The notes below the pieces were generated by a model that was not told where the DNA came from, did no database searches, and saw only the letters and a program-made list of their open reading frames with translations. Below, piece by piece: positions 34,373 to 42,811 of a DNA stretch of 64,000 bases (its first letter is position 1; each line of letters begins with the position of its first letter). Both the position numbers and the translations under genes were made by a program. Source of the DNA: Bacillota bacterium (GTDB lineage Bacteria > Bacillota > Dethiobacteria > Dethiobacterales > Dethiobacteraceae); assembly GCA_018725565.1 (NCBI GenBank), contig QLUR01000006.1, positions 7,902-71,901 of the forward strand. The letters are read 5' to 3'.

Positions 34373-34846
34373 TTATCCTGCCGCTGCCGCTTCCTTCATT
34401 TTTTCGAGGATCTTTCGCAGCTCCACTTTATTTAGGTTTCCGTGATATTCGCCGTCAATCTCTGCGAGCGGGCCCAGTGCGCATGCGCCAAGGCAGTTTA
34501 CCGTTTCCAGGGTGTACTCGCCGTCTGCGGAAGTTTTTCCACGCTCCACGCACAAGCAGCGGGAAACCTCCTCCACAATTTCCTCGCTGCCGCGGACATG
34601 GCAGGCAGTTCCGGTGCAGACTGTCACTTTGTGGCGCCCGCGCGGTTCCAGGGAGAAAACCTTGTAAAACGTGACGATTCTATAAAGCTCCATCAGCGGT
34701 TTATTAAGCAGGACAGCCAGTTCGCGCAACACGGCTTCCGGCAAATAGTTGAAATGACTTTGAATGGCATACAACAGCTGGATTAGAGAACGATCATGTT
34801 CTTTCACCATGGCCGACAGATCCATTGGTTTACTAACTTTTCCCAT
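34373..34846 (-). CDS. NuoE/HydC-like thioredoxin-fold [2Fe-2S] subunit
   Basis: 157 aa, CTGTACHVRGS ... CLGACALGP cluster ligands. Confidence 0.85.
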   Translation of the reverse strand: MGKVSKPMDLSAMVKEHDRSLIQLLYAIQSHFNYLPEAVLRELAVLLNKPLMELYRIVTFYKVFSLEPRGRHKVTVCTGTACHVRGSEEIVEEVSRCLCVERGKTSADGEYTLETVNCLGACALGPLAEIDGEYHGNLNKVELRKILEKMKEAAAAG

Positions 34847-34867
34847 CGTATCACCTTTTCCCCACGT

Positions 34868-36457
34868 TTAGAGTCGTATGTCTAAAACGTCTTTTGCTTC
34901 CGCCCTGTCCAGCTCCATGATATAGGGGATGCCACTGATTTCGCTTGCTTCCCTGGTAATGGCGGCAATATCGTTGCGTGTCAGGTAGCCAAGAGCAAAC
35001 TTACGGCTTCCGCACATCAGCTGCCGCATGCCCTGAGCCAGGCGCTCATAGTAAGTAAAGAGGCCTAAAGCACCGGCAGGTATCTGCGCAAAGCGCTCCG
35101 CGCCGAAGTGAGCTTTCAATTCAGCGGCGGTGACAAACACTTCTTCCACACTGTTGCCGAAGCGCTCGACATAAACAGGCAGTTTCTTTTCATTAATTTT
35201 ATTTCCGATGGTTTTGCCGACCATGACCGCAGCTATGGGAGCCCGTGCCATACCGATGGCTTTGACGAAAGGCGCGCCTAAGGACAGCCCTTTGAAAATT
35301 TGATCCTCCATGGTAATGCCGCCGGCAAAAATAACATCCGGGACATACTCGCCCTTATCGGCCAAATATTTGCAGTATTCGTAGGTAAGCGAGTGCAGCT
35401 CAACAACCGGCACGCCCCATTCATTCATCATGCGCCACGGGCTCATGCCAGTGCCGCCGCCGGCTCCGTCAACGGTTAAATAATCAATTTTTGCCAGCGA
35501 GGCAAACCGGACCGCACGCGCTAAATCAACGGGACGATAAGCGCCGGTTTTCAATGTTATATATTTGGCGCCTGCAGCGCGCAGTTCTTCCACCCGGGCC
35601 AAAAACGATTCCAATTCAACCATACCAACACGGGAATGGCGCTCAAATTCTTTGAATGTTCCTCTTTTGAACGACTCAATGACCAGCGGATTTTCCGGAT
35701 CGGGCAAGACGACATACCCGCGTTTTTTCAGCAACTGCGCCTTGGCTAGGTCGTTAATTTTCACTTCACCGCCGATGTCCTTGGCGCCCTGCCCCCATTT
35801 AAGCTCCACGATTTCGACGCCCAATTCTCTGATGGCATATTCCTGCACGCCCAGACGGGTATCTTCAACATTGGCCTGGACAACTATGGCGCCGTAGCCG
35901 TCCTCCTGCCACTCCTGAAACAAGGAAACTCTCTTTTTTAAATCAACTGTCTCTATTACCCGGCCATTTCTTATGATTGCCTGCGGGTCCATGCCGACAA
36001 CATTTTCACCGATGGTTAAGCCGCAGCCGGAGATGGCGGAGCCGATGGCCAGTCCTTCCCAGTTTTGCTTAGCGACATTGGTAGACCCGATGCCGGGAAT
36101 CATAAAGGGCAGGCGCAACTTAATCCCTTTGTCGGCGCCTAATCTTGTTTCCAGATTAACAGCGGGGAAGATGGCTTTGTCGCTGTCAGCCTCAATGCCC
36201 ACAGCGCCAACGGCCGTCCCCATGATATTAAAGTGGGAATAATCTACAGGATAGTCTTTTTCCGAAGCCGTGGTAATAATGCCAAAGGGCTGCGGATAAA
36301 TGGTTTCATGGCCGCGATAGGCCGATTTGCCAATTTCACACATCCCTACGCAGCCGTCTATACAGGTGACACACATGCCGCTAAAGGGGCTGACTGATCC
36401 TTCCGTACGGTTTTTGGTTAATGTTGCGGCTGAAACATTTGGTCTTGAAATCGTCAT
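34868..36457 (-). CDS. stand-alone glutamate-synthase FMN-domain family protein (GltB domain-2 like)
   Basis: 529 aa, Cys-rich N-terminus CVTCIDGCVGMCEIG, TIM-barrel FMN region with DGAGGGTGMSPW and FAGGI motifs; no amidotransferase or GXGXG domain in the ORF. Confidence 0.75.
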   Translation of the reverse strand: MTISRPNVSAATLTKNRTEGSVSPFSGMCVTCIDGCVGMCEIGKSAYRGHETIYPQPFGIITTASEKDYPVDYSHFNIMGTAVGAVGIEADSDKAIFPAVNLETRLGADKGIKLRLPFMIPGIGSTNVAKQNWEGLAIGSAISGCGLTIGENVVGMDPQAIIRNGRVIETVDLKKRVSLFQEWQEDGYGAIVVQANVEDTRLGVQEYAIRELGVEIVELKWGQGAKDIGGEVKINDLAKAQLLKKRGYVVLPDPENPLVIESFKRGTFKEFERHSRVGMVELESFLARVEELRAAGAKYITLKTGAYRPVDLARAVRFASLAKIDYLTVDGAGGGTGMSPWRMMNEWGVPVVELHSLTYEYCKYLADKGEYVPDVIFAGGITMEDQIFKGLSLGAPFVKAIGMARAPIAAVMVGKTIGNKINEKKLPVYVERFGNSVEEVFVTAAELKAHFGAERFAQIPAGALGLFTYYERLAQGMRQLMCGSRKFALGYLTRNDIAAITREASEISGIPYIMELDRAEAKDVLDIRL

Positions 36458-36490
36458 CTGTTTCCCTCCCCCAAAAATATAGTATAATCT

Positions 36491-37159
36491 TTATTTTTGT
36501 TCACAGGCGACACAAGGGTCCATATAACACATTACATCGCTGAACTTATCATTGCATGGCGGGGCCGAATTAAGGCAGGCATTGCAAAGCGTTGTTTCCG
36601 CCTGCGGGCCTTGGCAGCGCGCCATGCAAACGGGACAAATGTACATGCAGCCGCCGCAAAGGCGACAGTCATCACTCTTTTTAGCGAATGCGGTGGTAAT
36701 TTTCCGCTGTTCTCCGCGGCTGACAAAATCAATGGCTTTGCCCTGCATTTGCTCCGAGCACATACGGACGCACAGCCCGCACAGGATACAGGTGTCATTT
36801 CTGGGGCGCATCCGCACCTGTGTAACATGGTGCTTGGAGGCCAGACACTGGATTGTTTTTGAACCGGGAGCTGTCGCCACATACATTTCCAGAAGAGTTT
36901 TTCTTACTTTCATGACCCTGTTTGAATGCGTCCGCACCACAAGCCCTTCTGTTGCCTTAAAATCACAGGAGGCCACCAGCTTGGCTTTAGGGGCGGCGCC
37001 GACTTCTACCACGCACAATCTGCACGCGCTGCCCGGACTTAACGCCTCATCGTTACAGAGCGTGGGGATTTCGATACCGTACGTACGGGCAGTCTCCAGC
37101 AGCGTGGTTCCTTCTTCCACCGCAACCTCCAGACCATTGAGAGTGAACGTAATCATCAT
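36491..37159 (-). CDS. NuoG/HydA-N-terminal-type ferredoxin subunit ([2Fe-2S] + [4Fe-4S] clusters)
   Basis: 222 aa, TFTLNG...CNDEALSPGSACRLCVVEV (plant-type 2Fe-2S), CILCGLCVRMC and CRLCGGCMYICPVC; no H-cluster or molybdopterin domain. Confidence 0.8.
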   Translation of the reverse strand: MMITFTLNGLEVAVEEGTTLLETARTYGIEIPTLCNDEALSPGSACRLCVVEVGAAPKAKLVASCDFKATEGLVVRTHSNRVMKVRKTLLEMYVATAPGSKTIQCLASKHHVTQVRMRPRNDTCILCGLCVRMCSEQMQGKAIDFVSRGEQRKITTAFAKKSDDCRLCGGCMYICPVCMARCQGPQAETTLCNACLNSAPPCNDKFSDVMCYMDPCVACEQK

Positions 37160-37166
37160 CTCACCC

Positions 37167-39047
37167 CTAACTTAAAAGCACTGCAGAAAACTTGCAGCTC
37201 TCAAGACAGATTCCGCACTTTTGGCACGCGTTGGTGTCAATTACATACAACTGCCCTTTTTCCCCGCTAATGGCAGATACAGGACAATTTTTGGCGCAAA
37301 CGCCGCAACCTTTGCAGTGCTCTTCAAGGATAGAATAGAAAATCAGGTCTTTGCAGACCCCTGCGGCACATTTTTTCTCCTCGATATGCTCTTTATACTC
37401 ATGGGCAAAGTAACGGATGGTTGACAGGACCGGGTTGGCCGCGGTTTGGCCCAGACCGCACATGGATGCGTCCGCCACCACTTCCGCCAAATCCAGCAAC
37501 AGCTCCATGCTTTGGGAATTACCTTGACCGGCCGTTATATCGTTTACCACATCCAGCATCCGCACTATCCCTTCACGGCAGGAAAAGCATTTACCGCAGG
37601 ACTCGTCTTTTAAAAAGCGCAAAAAGTACTTGGCGAGGTCCACGGCGCACGTTTTTTCGTCCAGCACAATCATCCCGCCGGACCCCATCATAGAACCGGC
37701 TTCCTTTAATTCCTCAAAGTCTGTCGGCATGTGAAGCTGTCCTGCGTCTAAACATCCGCCTGAGGGGCCGCCGGTCTGCACAGCTTTAAAGGCCCGGCCA
37801 CCCTGTATCCCTCCGCCGATACCAAAAATAATATCTTCCAGGGGTATGCCGATGGGAACTTCCACCAGACCTGTATTATTAACTTTGCCAGTTAAGCAGA
37901 ATATTTTCGTTCCTCCGGATTTGCCGGAGCCCAAGGCCGCATACTTCTCCGCGCCTAATTGAAAAATCAGCGGCACATTTGCCAATGTTTCCACATTATT
38001 AAGGACGGTAGGTTTTCCCAAATAACCGCTTTCCACTAAATGAGGCGGTTTCTGTCGCGGTTCACCCACTTTAGCTTCCAGTGAAGCGATCAGGGCCGTA
38101 GATTCCCCGCAGATAAACACCCCGCCACCCATGAAAATGGAAATGTTAAACGAATGGCCGCTCCCGAGAATGTCATGACCTAACAGCCCCTGCTCCAGCG
38201 CCTGAGCAATAGCTTTTTGCAGTCTTTTCATGGCCAGCGGATATTCCGCCCGGACATAGACCAGCCCTTCCGTGGCCCCGGTGGCATACCCTGCTATGAT
38301 CATGCCTTCTAACACAGCATGTGGGTCGCTTTCGAGGAGCGAGCGGTCCATGAATGCGCCGGGGTCTCCCTCATCAGCGTTGCAGACGATATACTTCACA
38401 TCGCTTTGCCGGTGCAAAGCCTCCTGCCATTTTACGCCAGTTGAAAAGCCGGCGCCGCCGCGGCCGCGCAGCTTAGCCGACGACACCTGCTGCACGACGG
38501 CTGCCGGTGTCATCTGCAGAACTTTGGCCAGTGACTGGTAGCCGCCGCTTGCCAGGTAGTCGGCGATCTCCTCAGGATCTATCCTGCCGGCATTTTGCAG
38601 GACAAGCCTGGTTTGCTGCCTGTAAAACGGGACCTCGTCCTGCGTCGCATAACGCGTTCCCTCAGGCGATGTGTAGAGCAAACGCTCTACCAGTTCACCC
38701 CGTCGCAAGGTCTTCTCAATAATTTGCCGGACATCGTCCGGCCTTACATGGATATAAAAAATGCCAGCCGGCTCAATGATAACAAGCGGCCCCTGCTGGC
38801 AAAAGCCGTGGCAGCCGCTGCAGATAATGCCCGTTTCATGTCTTTCGCTAAAAACTACGTCGGCGCCGCTTTGACCAAGCAATTTCTGAAACTGCTCAAA
38901 TACTTTCAGTGAACCGTTGATCACACAGCCGGTTCCCGCACAAACTATGACCCTGTTTTGCACCAGCCCCCGTTTATTGAGATAATATTCTCTTAGTTGC
39001 TGAAGATGTTCCGCGTTTTTAATACGCACGTTTATCCCCGTACTCAT
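37167..39047 (-). CDS. NuoF/HydB-like NADH-binding flavoprotein with extra N-terminal [2Fe-2S] and C-terminal 2x[4Fe-4S] domains
   Basis: 626 aa, CAGTGC...CSGCHGFC, GRGGAGFSTGVKW, SCGKCFSCREG, CKGCGVCAKNCP, CQKCGICLESC. Confidence 0.88.
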   Translation of the reverse strand: MSTGINVRIKNAEHLQQLREYYLNKRGLVQNRVIVCAGTGCVINGSLKVFEQFQKLLGQSGADVVFSERHETGIICSGCHGFCQQGPLVIIEPAGIFYIHVRPDDVRQIIEKTLRRGELVERLLYTSPEGTRYATQDEVPFYRQQTRLVLQNAGRIDPEEIADYLASGGYQSLAKVLQMTPAAVVQQVSSAKLRGRGGAGFSTGVKWQEALHRQSDVKYIVCNADEGDPGAFMDRSLLESDPHAVLEGMIIAGYATGATEGLVYVRAEYPLAMKRLQKAIAQALEQGLLGHDILGSGHSFNISIFMGGGVFICGESTALIASLEAKVGEPRQKPPHLVESGYLGKPTVLNNVETLANVPLIFQLGAEKYAALGSGKSGGTKIFCLTGKVNNTGLVEVPIGIPLEDIIFGIGGGIQGGRAFKAVQTGGPSGGCLDAGQLHMPTDFEELKEAGSMMGSGGMIVLDEKTCAVDLAKYFLRFLKDESCGKCFSCREGIVRMLDVVNDITAGQGNSQSMELLLDLAEVVADASMCGLGQTAANPVLSTIRYFAHEYKEHIEEKKCAAGVCKDLIFYSILEEHCKGCGVCAKNCPVSAISGEKGQLYVIDTNACQKCGICLESCKFSAVLLS

Positions 39048-39192
39048 GCACTCACTCCTTTGTGCGATTTTTCTACAGGCAATTTAAAATACCTGTTTCA
39101 TGATGCGAAAATATTTCTTCCTTGCCAAATCATTAACTTCTGACACTGCCCGCCTGGCCTAATTTTCTGGAATGCAAATTTTAGCCCAGCTC

Positions 39193-39221
39193 TTGACTTT
39201 CGGAAAAGGAAGAATTATGAT
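39193..39221 (+). promoter_or_regulatory. sigma-A promoter of the CoADR-fusion gene
   Basis: TTGACT (39193-39198) - 17 nt - TATGAT (39216-39221). Confidence 0.65.
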
Positions 39222-39227
39222 TAAATC

Positions 39228-39248
39228 AGATACCCTGCCAGGGTATCT
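39228..39248. promoter_or_regulatory. perfect 21-bp palindromic operator candidate (CsoR/CstR-type ATACCC...GGGTAT)
   Basis: AGATACCCTG-C-CAGGGTATCT, 10+1+10 perfect inverted repeat starting 7 nt after the -10 hexamer. Confidence 0.7.
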
Positions 39249-39302
39249 GCGATGGATTGTTAGGAATCCGGTATGAAGAAATGTTTTTAAGGAGTGAAAG
39301 AA

Positions 39303-41795
39303 ATGTCAGGAAGAGTGCTTATTGTCGGTGGTGTAGCTGGGGGGGCCAGCGCCGCGGCCAGACTCAGGCGGCTGGATGAGGATGCGGAAATAATCATTTT
39401 CGAAAAAGGGGGGTATATTTCTTTTGCTAACTGCGGCCTTCCCTATTATATCGGAGAAACAATCAGGGAAAAGTCGGCACTGATTGTCCAGACGCCCGAA
39501 AGAATGAGATCCATGTTCAACATTGAAGTCAGGCTGTACCACGAAGTTACCGGCGTTAATCCTGCACAAAAGACAATCGCGGTTAAAGACCTGAGTAACG
39601 GAACCGCATATGAAATGACTTATGACCGGCTGATCCTTTCCCCGGGCGCAAAGCCCCTGCGCCCGCCGATTCCCGGTATCGACAGCCCCGGCATTTTTAC
39701 CCTGCGCACCATCCCCGATACCGATGCTATCAAGGGATATCTGAGCAAGCAAGCAGTTAAGAGTGCGGTTATTGTTGGCGGCGGCTATATCGGACTGGAA
39801 ATGGCGGAAAATCTTCATGCTTTGGGGCTGAAGGTCTCGGTAGTGGAAAAAATGGGACAGCTAATAGGCACAATGGACTACGATATGGCCGCATTGGTTC
39901 AGGGGCACCTGCTGGCTCAGGGAGTACACCTTTATTTAAGTGACGGCGTCACAGAGTTCCGGCAAAACAATAGCGGCCTGGAAGTCATCTTGGAAAGCGG
40001 TAAAACAATTGACTGCCAAATGGTCTTACTATCCATCGGTGTCAGGCCTGACACAGCCTTTCTGGCCGGAAGCGGCCTGGCGCTGGGAGAGCGTGGCGGA
40101 ATTAAGGTAAATATGCGTCTGCAGACTTCCGACCCCCATATCTACGCCATTGGGGACGCCGCAGAAACAACCGATTTTGTCAGCGGCGAGCAGGCACTCA
40201 TCCCTTTGGCCGGCCCTGCGAACAAGCAAGGCCGTATCGTTGCCAATAATATCGCCGGCCGCGCCTCTGTTTATAACGGCACCCAAGGCACAGCAATCGC
40301 CAAGATTTTTGACCTGGCGGTGGCCACAACAGGTCAAAACGAAAAAACATTACAACTAAGAGATGTAAAGTTTTACACCACGGTGACCCACGCCAAATCC
40401 AATGCCGATTACTACCCCGGCGCCTTGCCGATGACCGTCAAGCTGCACTACACACCTGACGGCCTGCTGCTGGGAGCGCAAATTGTCGGTTACAGCGGTG
40501 TCGATAAGGCTATGGACACCTTGGCCTCGGCGTTGCGCTTTAAACGGACAGTCTATGACCTGCAGGAACTGGAGCTTGCCTATGCACCGCCTTTTTCCAC
40601 CGCTAAAACACCGGTCAACGTGGCCGGTCTGGTGGCCGGCAACAGGCTCGATGGCACTATGGACGTGGCCTTGTGGTCTGAAATTGACGCCCTGAACGCC
40701 TCTGCCACTATTCTGGATGTAGGAGAAAAGGGAGAAAGGGAGCTGGGATCTATCGCCGGCTCCGTTCACATCCCGCTTGGGCAGTTGCGTGCCAGGATAA
40801 ACGAATTGGACAAAGGCAAGGAAGTCGTTGTTTACTGCCAGATAGGCCTAAGGGCATACCTGGCAGCGCGGTTGCTGAGTCAAAAAGGTTTCAGGGCCAG
40901 AGTGCTTTCCGGCGGCTTCAGACACTATAAAGCGGTTAAACAGTCGGAAGACGACCTGCAAAAACAAAATTACCGTTTTGGAGATGAAGAAATGTCTTTT
41001 CAGGACCTAACTAAAGAAGATATTTACAGCAGCGAAAGCAGCTCGGCTGTCCCCAGGCAGGCCGGCGATACAGTCCTTCTTAATGCCTGCGGCCTTTCCT
41101 GCCCCGGTCCGATTGTGGAAGTAAATAAAAAAATGTCACAGCTAAAAAGTGGCGACGTCCTGGAAGTGCTCGCTTCCGATCCCGGCTTTGCCAATGATAT
41201 TAAAGCCTGGTGCGCAAAAACCGGGCATACTCTGTTAAGTACCGGCAAAGAAGGCTTGTTCTTTAAGGCTAGAATAGCCAAGGGGCTTCCCAGTCAGGTC
41301 GCCTCAGGGACTGCGGTACCGCTTCCGCAAAACAAAACTATCATTGTTTTCAGCGGTGACCTTGATAAGGCCATTGCCTCCTTTATAATCGCCAACGGCG
41401 CTGCCGCCATGGGCAGAAAAGTTACCATGTTCTTTACCTTTTGGGGACTCAATATCCTGCGCAAGCCGGCAGGCAAAGCCCCGCAAAAAGACCTTCTGGC
41501 CAGGATGTTCGGCATGATGATGCCCAGAGGCAGCAGGAAGCTAGGGTTATCGCGCATGAATATGCTGGGTATGGGGCCGAAAATGATACGCATGGTCATG
41601 GGCATGAAAAACGTCGACTCACTGGAAAACTTGATTCAGATGGCCAAAGATAACGGTGTCGTGCTGATGGCTTGCCAGATGTCAATGGATGTCATGGGCA
41701 TCAAGCACGAAGAACTGATTGAAGGCGTGGAAATAGGCGGTGTAGCCACCTACCTCGGAGAAGCTGAAGACTCCAATATTAATCTGTTTATTTAA
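39303..41795 (+). CDS. four-domain fusion: CoA-disulfide/persulfide reductase (pyridine nucleotide-disulfide oxidoreductase) + rhodanese + TusA + DsrE/DsrF-like
   Basis: ORF 39294..41795; VLIVGGVAGGASAA, redox Cys SFANCGLPYYIG; rhodanese loop VVVYCQIGLRA; TusA CGLSCPGPIVEV; C-terminal KTIIVFSGDLDKAIASFIIANGAAAMG...MACQMSMDVMG; ATG 39303 8 nt after AGGAG. Confidence 0.85.
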   Translation: MSGRVLIVGGVAGGASAAARLRRLDEDAEIIIFEKGGYISFANCGLPYYIGETIREKSALIVQTPERMRSMFNIEVRLYHEVTGVNPAQKTIAVKDLSNGTAYEMTYDRLILSPGAKPLRPPIPGIDSPGIFTLRTIPDTDAIKGYLSKQAVKSAVIVGGGYIGLEMAENLHALGLKVSVVEKMGQLIGTMDYDMAALVQGHLLAQGVHLYLSDGVTEFRQNNSGLEVILESGKTIDCQMVLLSIGVRPDTAFLAGSGLALGERGGIKVNMRLQTSDPHIYAIGDAAETTDFVSGEQALIPLAGPANKQGRIVANNIAGRASVYNGTQGTAIAKIFDLAVATTGQNEKTLQLRDVKFYTTVTHAKSNADYYPGALPMTVKLHYTPDGLLLGAQIVGYSGVDKAMDTLASALRFKRTVYDLQELELAYAPPFSTAKTPVNVAGLVAGNRLDGTMDVALWSEIDALNASATILDVGEKGERELGSIAGSVHIPLGQLRARINELDKGKEVVVYCQIGLRAYLAARLLSQKGFRARVLSGGFRHYKAVKQSEDDLQKQNYRFGDEEMSFQDLTKEDIYSSESSSAVPRQAGDTVLLNACGLSCPGPIVEVNKKMSQLKSGDVLEVLASDPGFANDIKAWCAKTGHTLLSTGKEGLFFKARIAKGLPSQVASGTAVPLPQNKTIIVFSGDLDKAIASFIIANGAAAMGRKVTMFFTFWGLNILRKPAGKAPQKDLLARMFGMMMPRGSRKLGLSRMNMLGMGPKMIRMVMGMKNVDSLENLIQMAKDNGVVLMACQMSMDVMGIKHEELIEGVEIGGVATYLGEAEDSNINLFI

Positions 41796-41815
41796 CTTTC
41801 CGCACGGTGCCGCTT

Positions 41816-42739
41816 CTACAATAACCCCACTACCAGCGGGATACTAAGTACTGCCAGGAGTGTAGACAGAAACACTATCTGCGAGGCAAGTGCCGCATTG
41901 CCGTCGTATTGCTCGGCCAAAACAGCGGAATTGACGGCTGCCGGCATGGCCGCGATGACGGTAGGAATCCCGACAAGCATTTCCGGCAGCCTGAGGCTTT
42001 CCAAGACAACCCAGACTACCAAAGGAAAGAGCAGCAGCCGCAACAGACTGACAACGTATGCCCGCCAGTTTACAAAAACACTCTTTACCGGCATGGTAGC
42101 CAGCAATGACCCGACGAGCAGCATTGATAGCGGCGTGGTGAGCAAGCCAAGCTGATTAACGGCCAAAGCAAGCGGTCCCGGCAAGACAATTGAAAACAGA
42201 AATAGAATAAACCCAAAAAATACGGCACCTACGGCCGGATTAGCAAACATCCTCCAGTTAACGGCTGGGGCACCTTTTTTTTGGGTGCTGATAATTGCCA
42301 CACCCAGCGTAAGAACGAGCAAATTAAACGGTAAATTATAGACAGCGGCATAAAAAACGCCGGCTTCTCCAAACACTGTGTAAACTACCGGATAGCCCAT
42401 AAACCCCACATTGGAAAAAATGAGTACAAAGCTGAATACCCCACGTTCTTCAGGGGTAGCGGCCAACAATCCGGAAAATAAAAAGGCCAGAATTATGGTG
42501 CAAGCGTAAACCGCCAGGGAGATGAGCAGGATCACGCCGCTTTCCCTGAGCAGCGAAGCAGAAAAAGGCTTCTGCATAGAGTCAATAATCAGGGCAGGTA
42601 AAGCAACTTTAAGCAACAGGCCGGACAACCCTTTTGTCAATAAGCCGTCCAGCAGTCCCGCCTTCCTGGAGCCGTAACCGACCAGCAAAAGCAAAAACAA
42701 GGCCAGAATTTGTTCAAAAACAGCATAAAACTGTACTAT
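41816..42739 (-). CDS. AEC (auxin efflux carrier / Mem_trans) family transporter; start probably non-canonical
   Basis: ORF track starts at TTG 42700 but the in-frame upstream codons IVQFYAVFEQILA complete the first TM helix; AAGGGAGG SD sits 8 nt before ATA at 42737-42739. Confidence 0.7.
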   Translation of the reverse strand: MVQFYAVFEQILALFLLLLVGYGSRKAGLLDGLLTKGLSGLLLKVALPALIIDSMQKPFSASLLRESGVILLISLAVYACTIILAFLFSGLLAATPEERGVFSFVLIFSNVGFMGYPVVYTVFGEAGVFYAAVYNLPFNLLVLTLGVAIISTQKKGAPAVNWRMFANPAVGAVFFGFILFLFSIVLPGPLALAVNQLGLLTTPLSMLLVGSLLATMPVKSVFVNWRAYVVSLLRLLLFPLVVWVVLESLRLPEMLVGIPTVIAAMPAAVNSAVLAEQYDGNAALASQIVFLSTLLAVLSIPLVVGLL

Positions 42740-42811
42740 GGACTTTGCCTCCCTTAGTAAGCAGATGGCGGTTTAAAAGCAGTTGTATCTATAGGTGGGT
42801 AGTTGACCATA

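Noticed and set aside
39055-39100. A Rex (TTGTGAA-N4-TTCACAA) operator in front of the NuoF-like operon, and the ACAGG-N12-CCTGT imperfect palindrome.
   Set aside because: TTGTGCGATTTTTCTACAG matches only one Rex half-site. The second palindrome has 5-bp arms only. Neither is distinguishable from chance.
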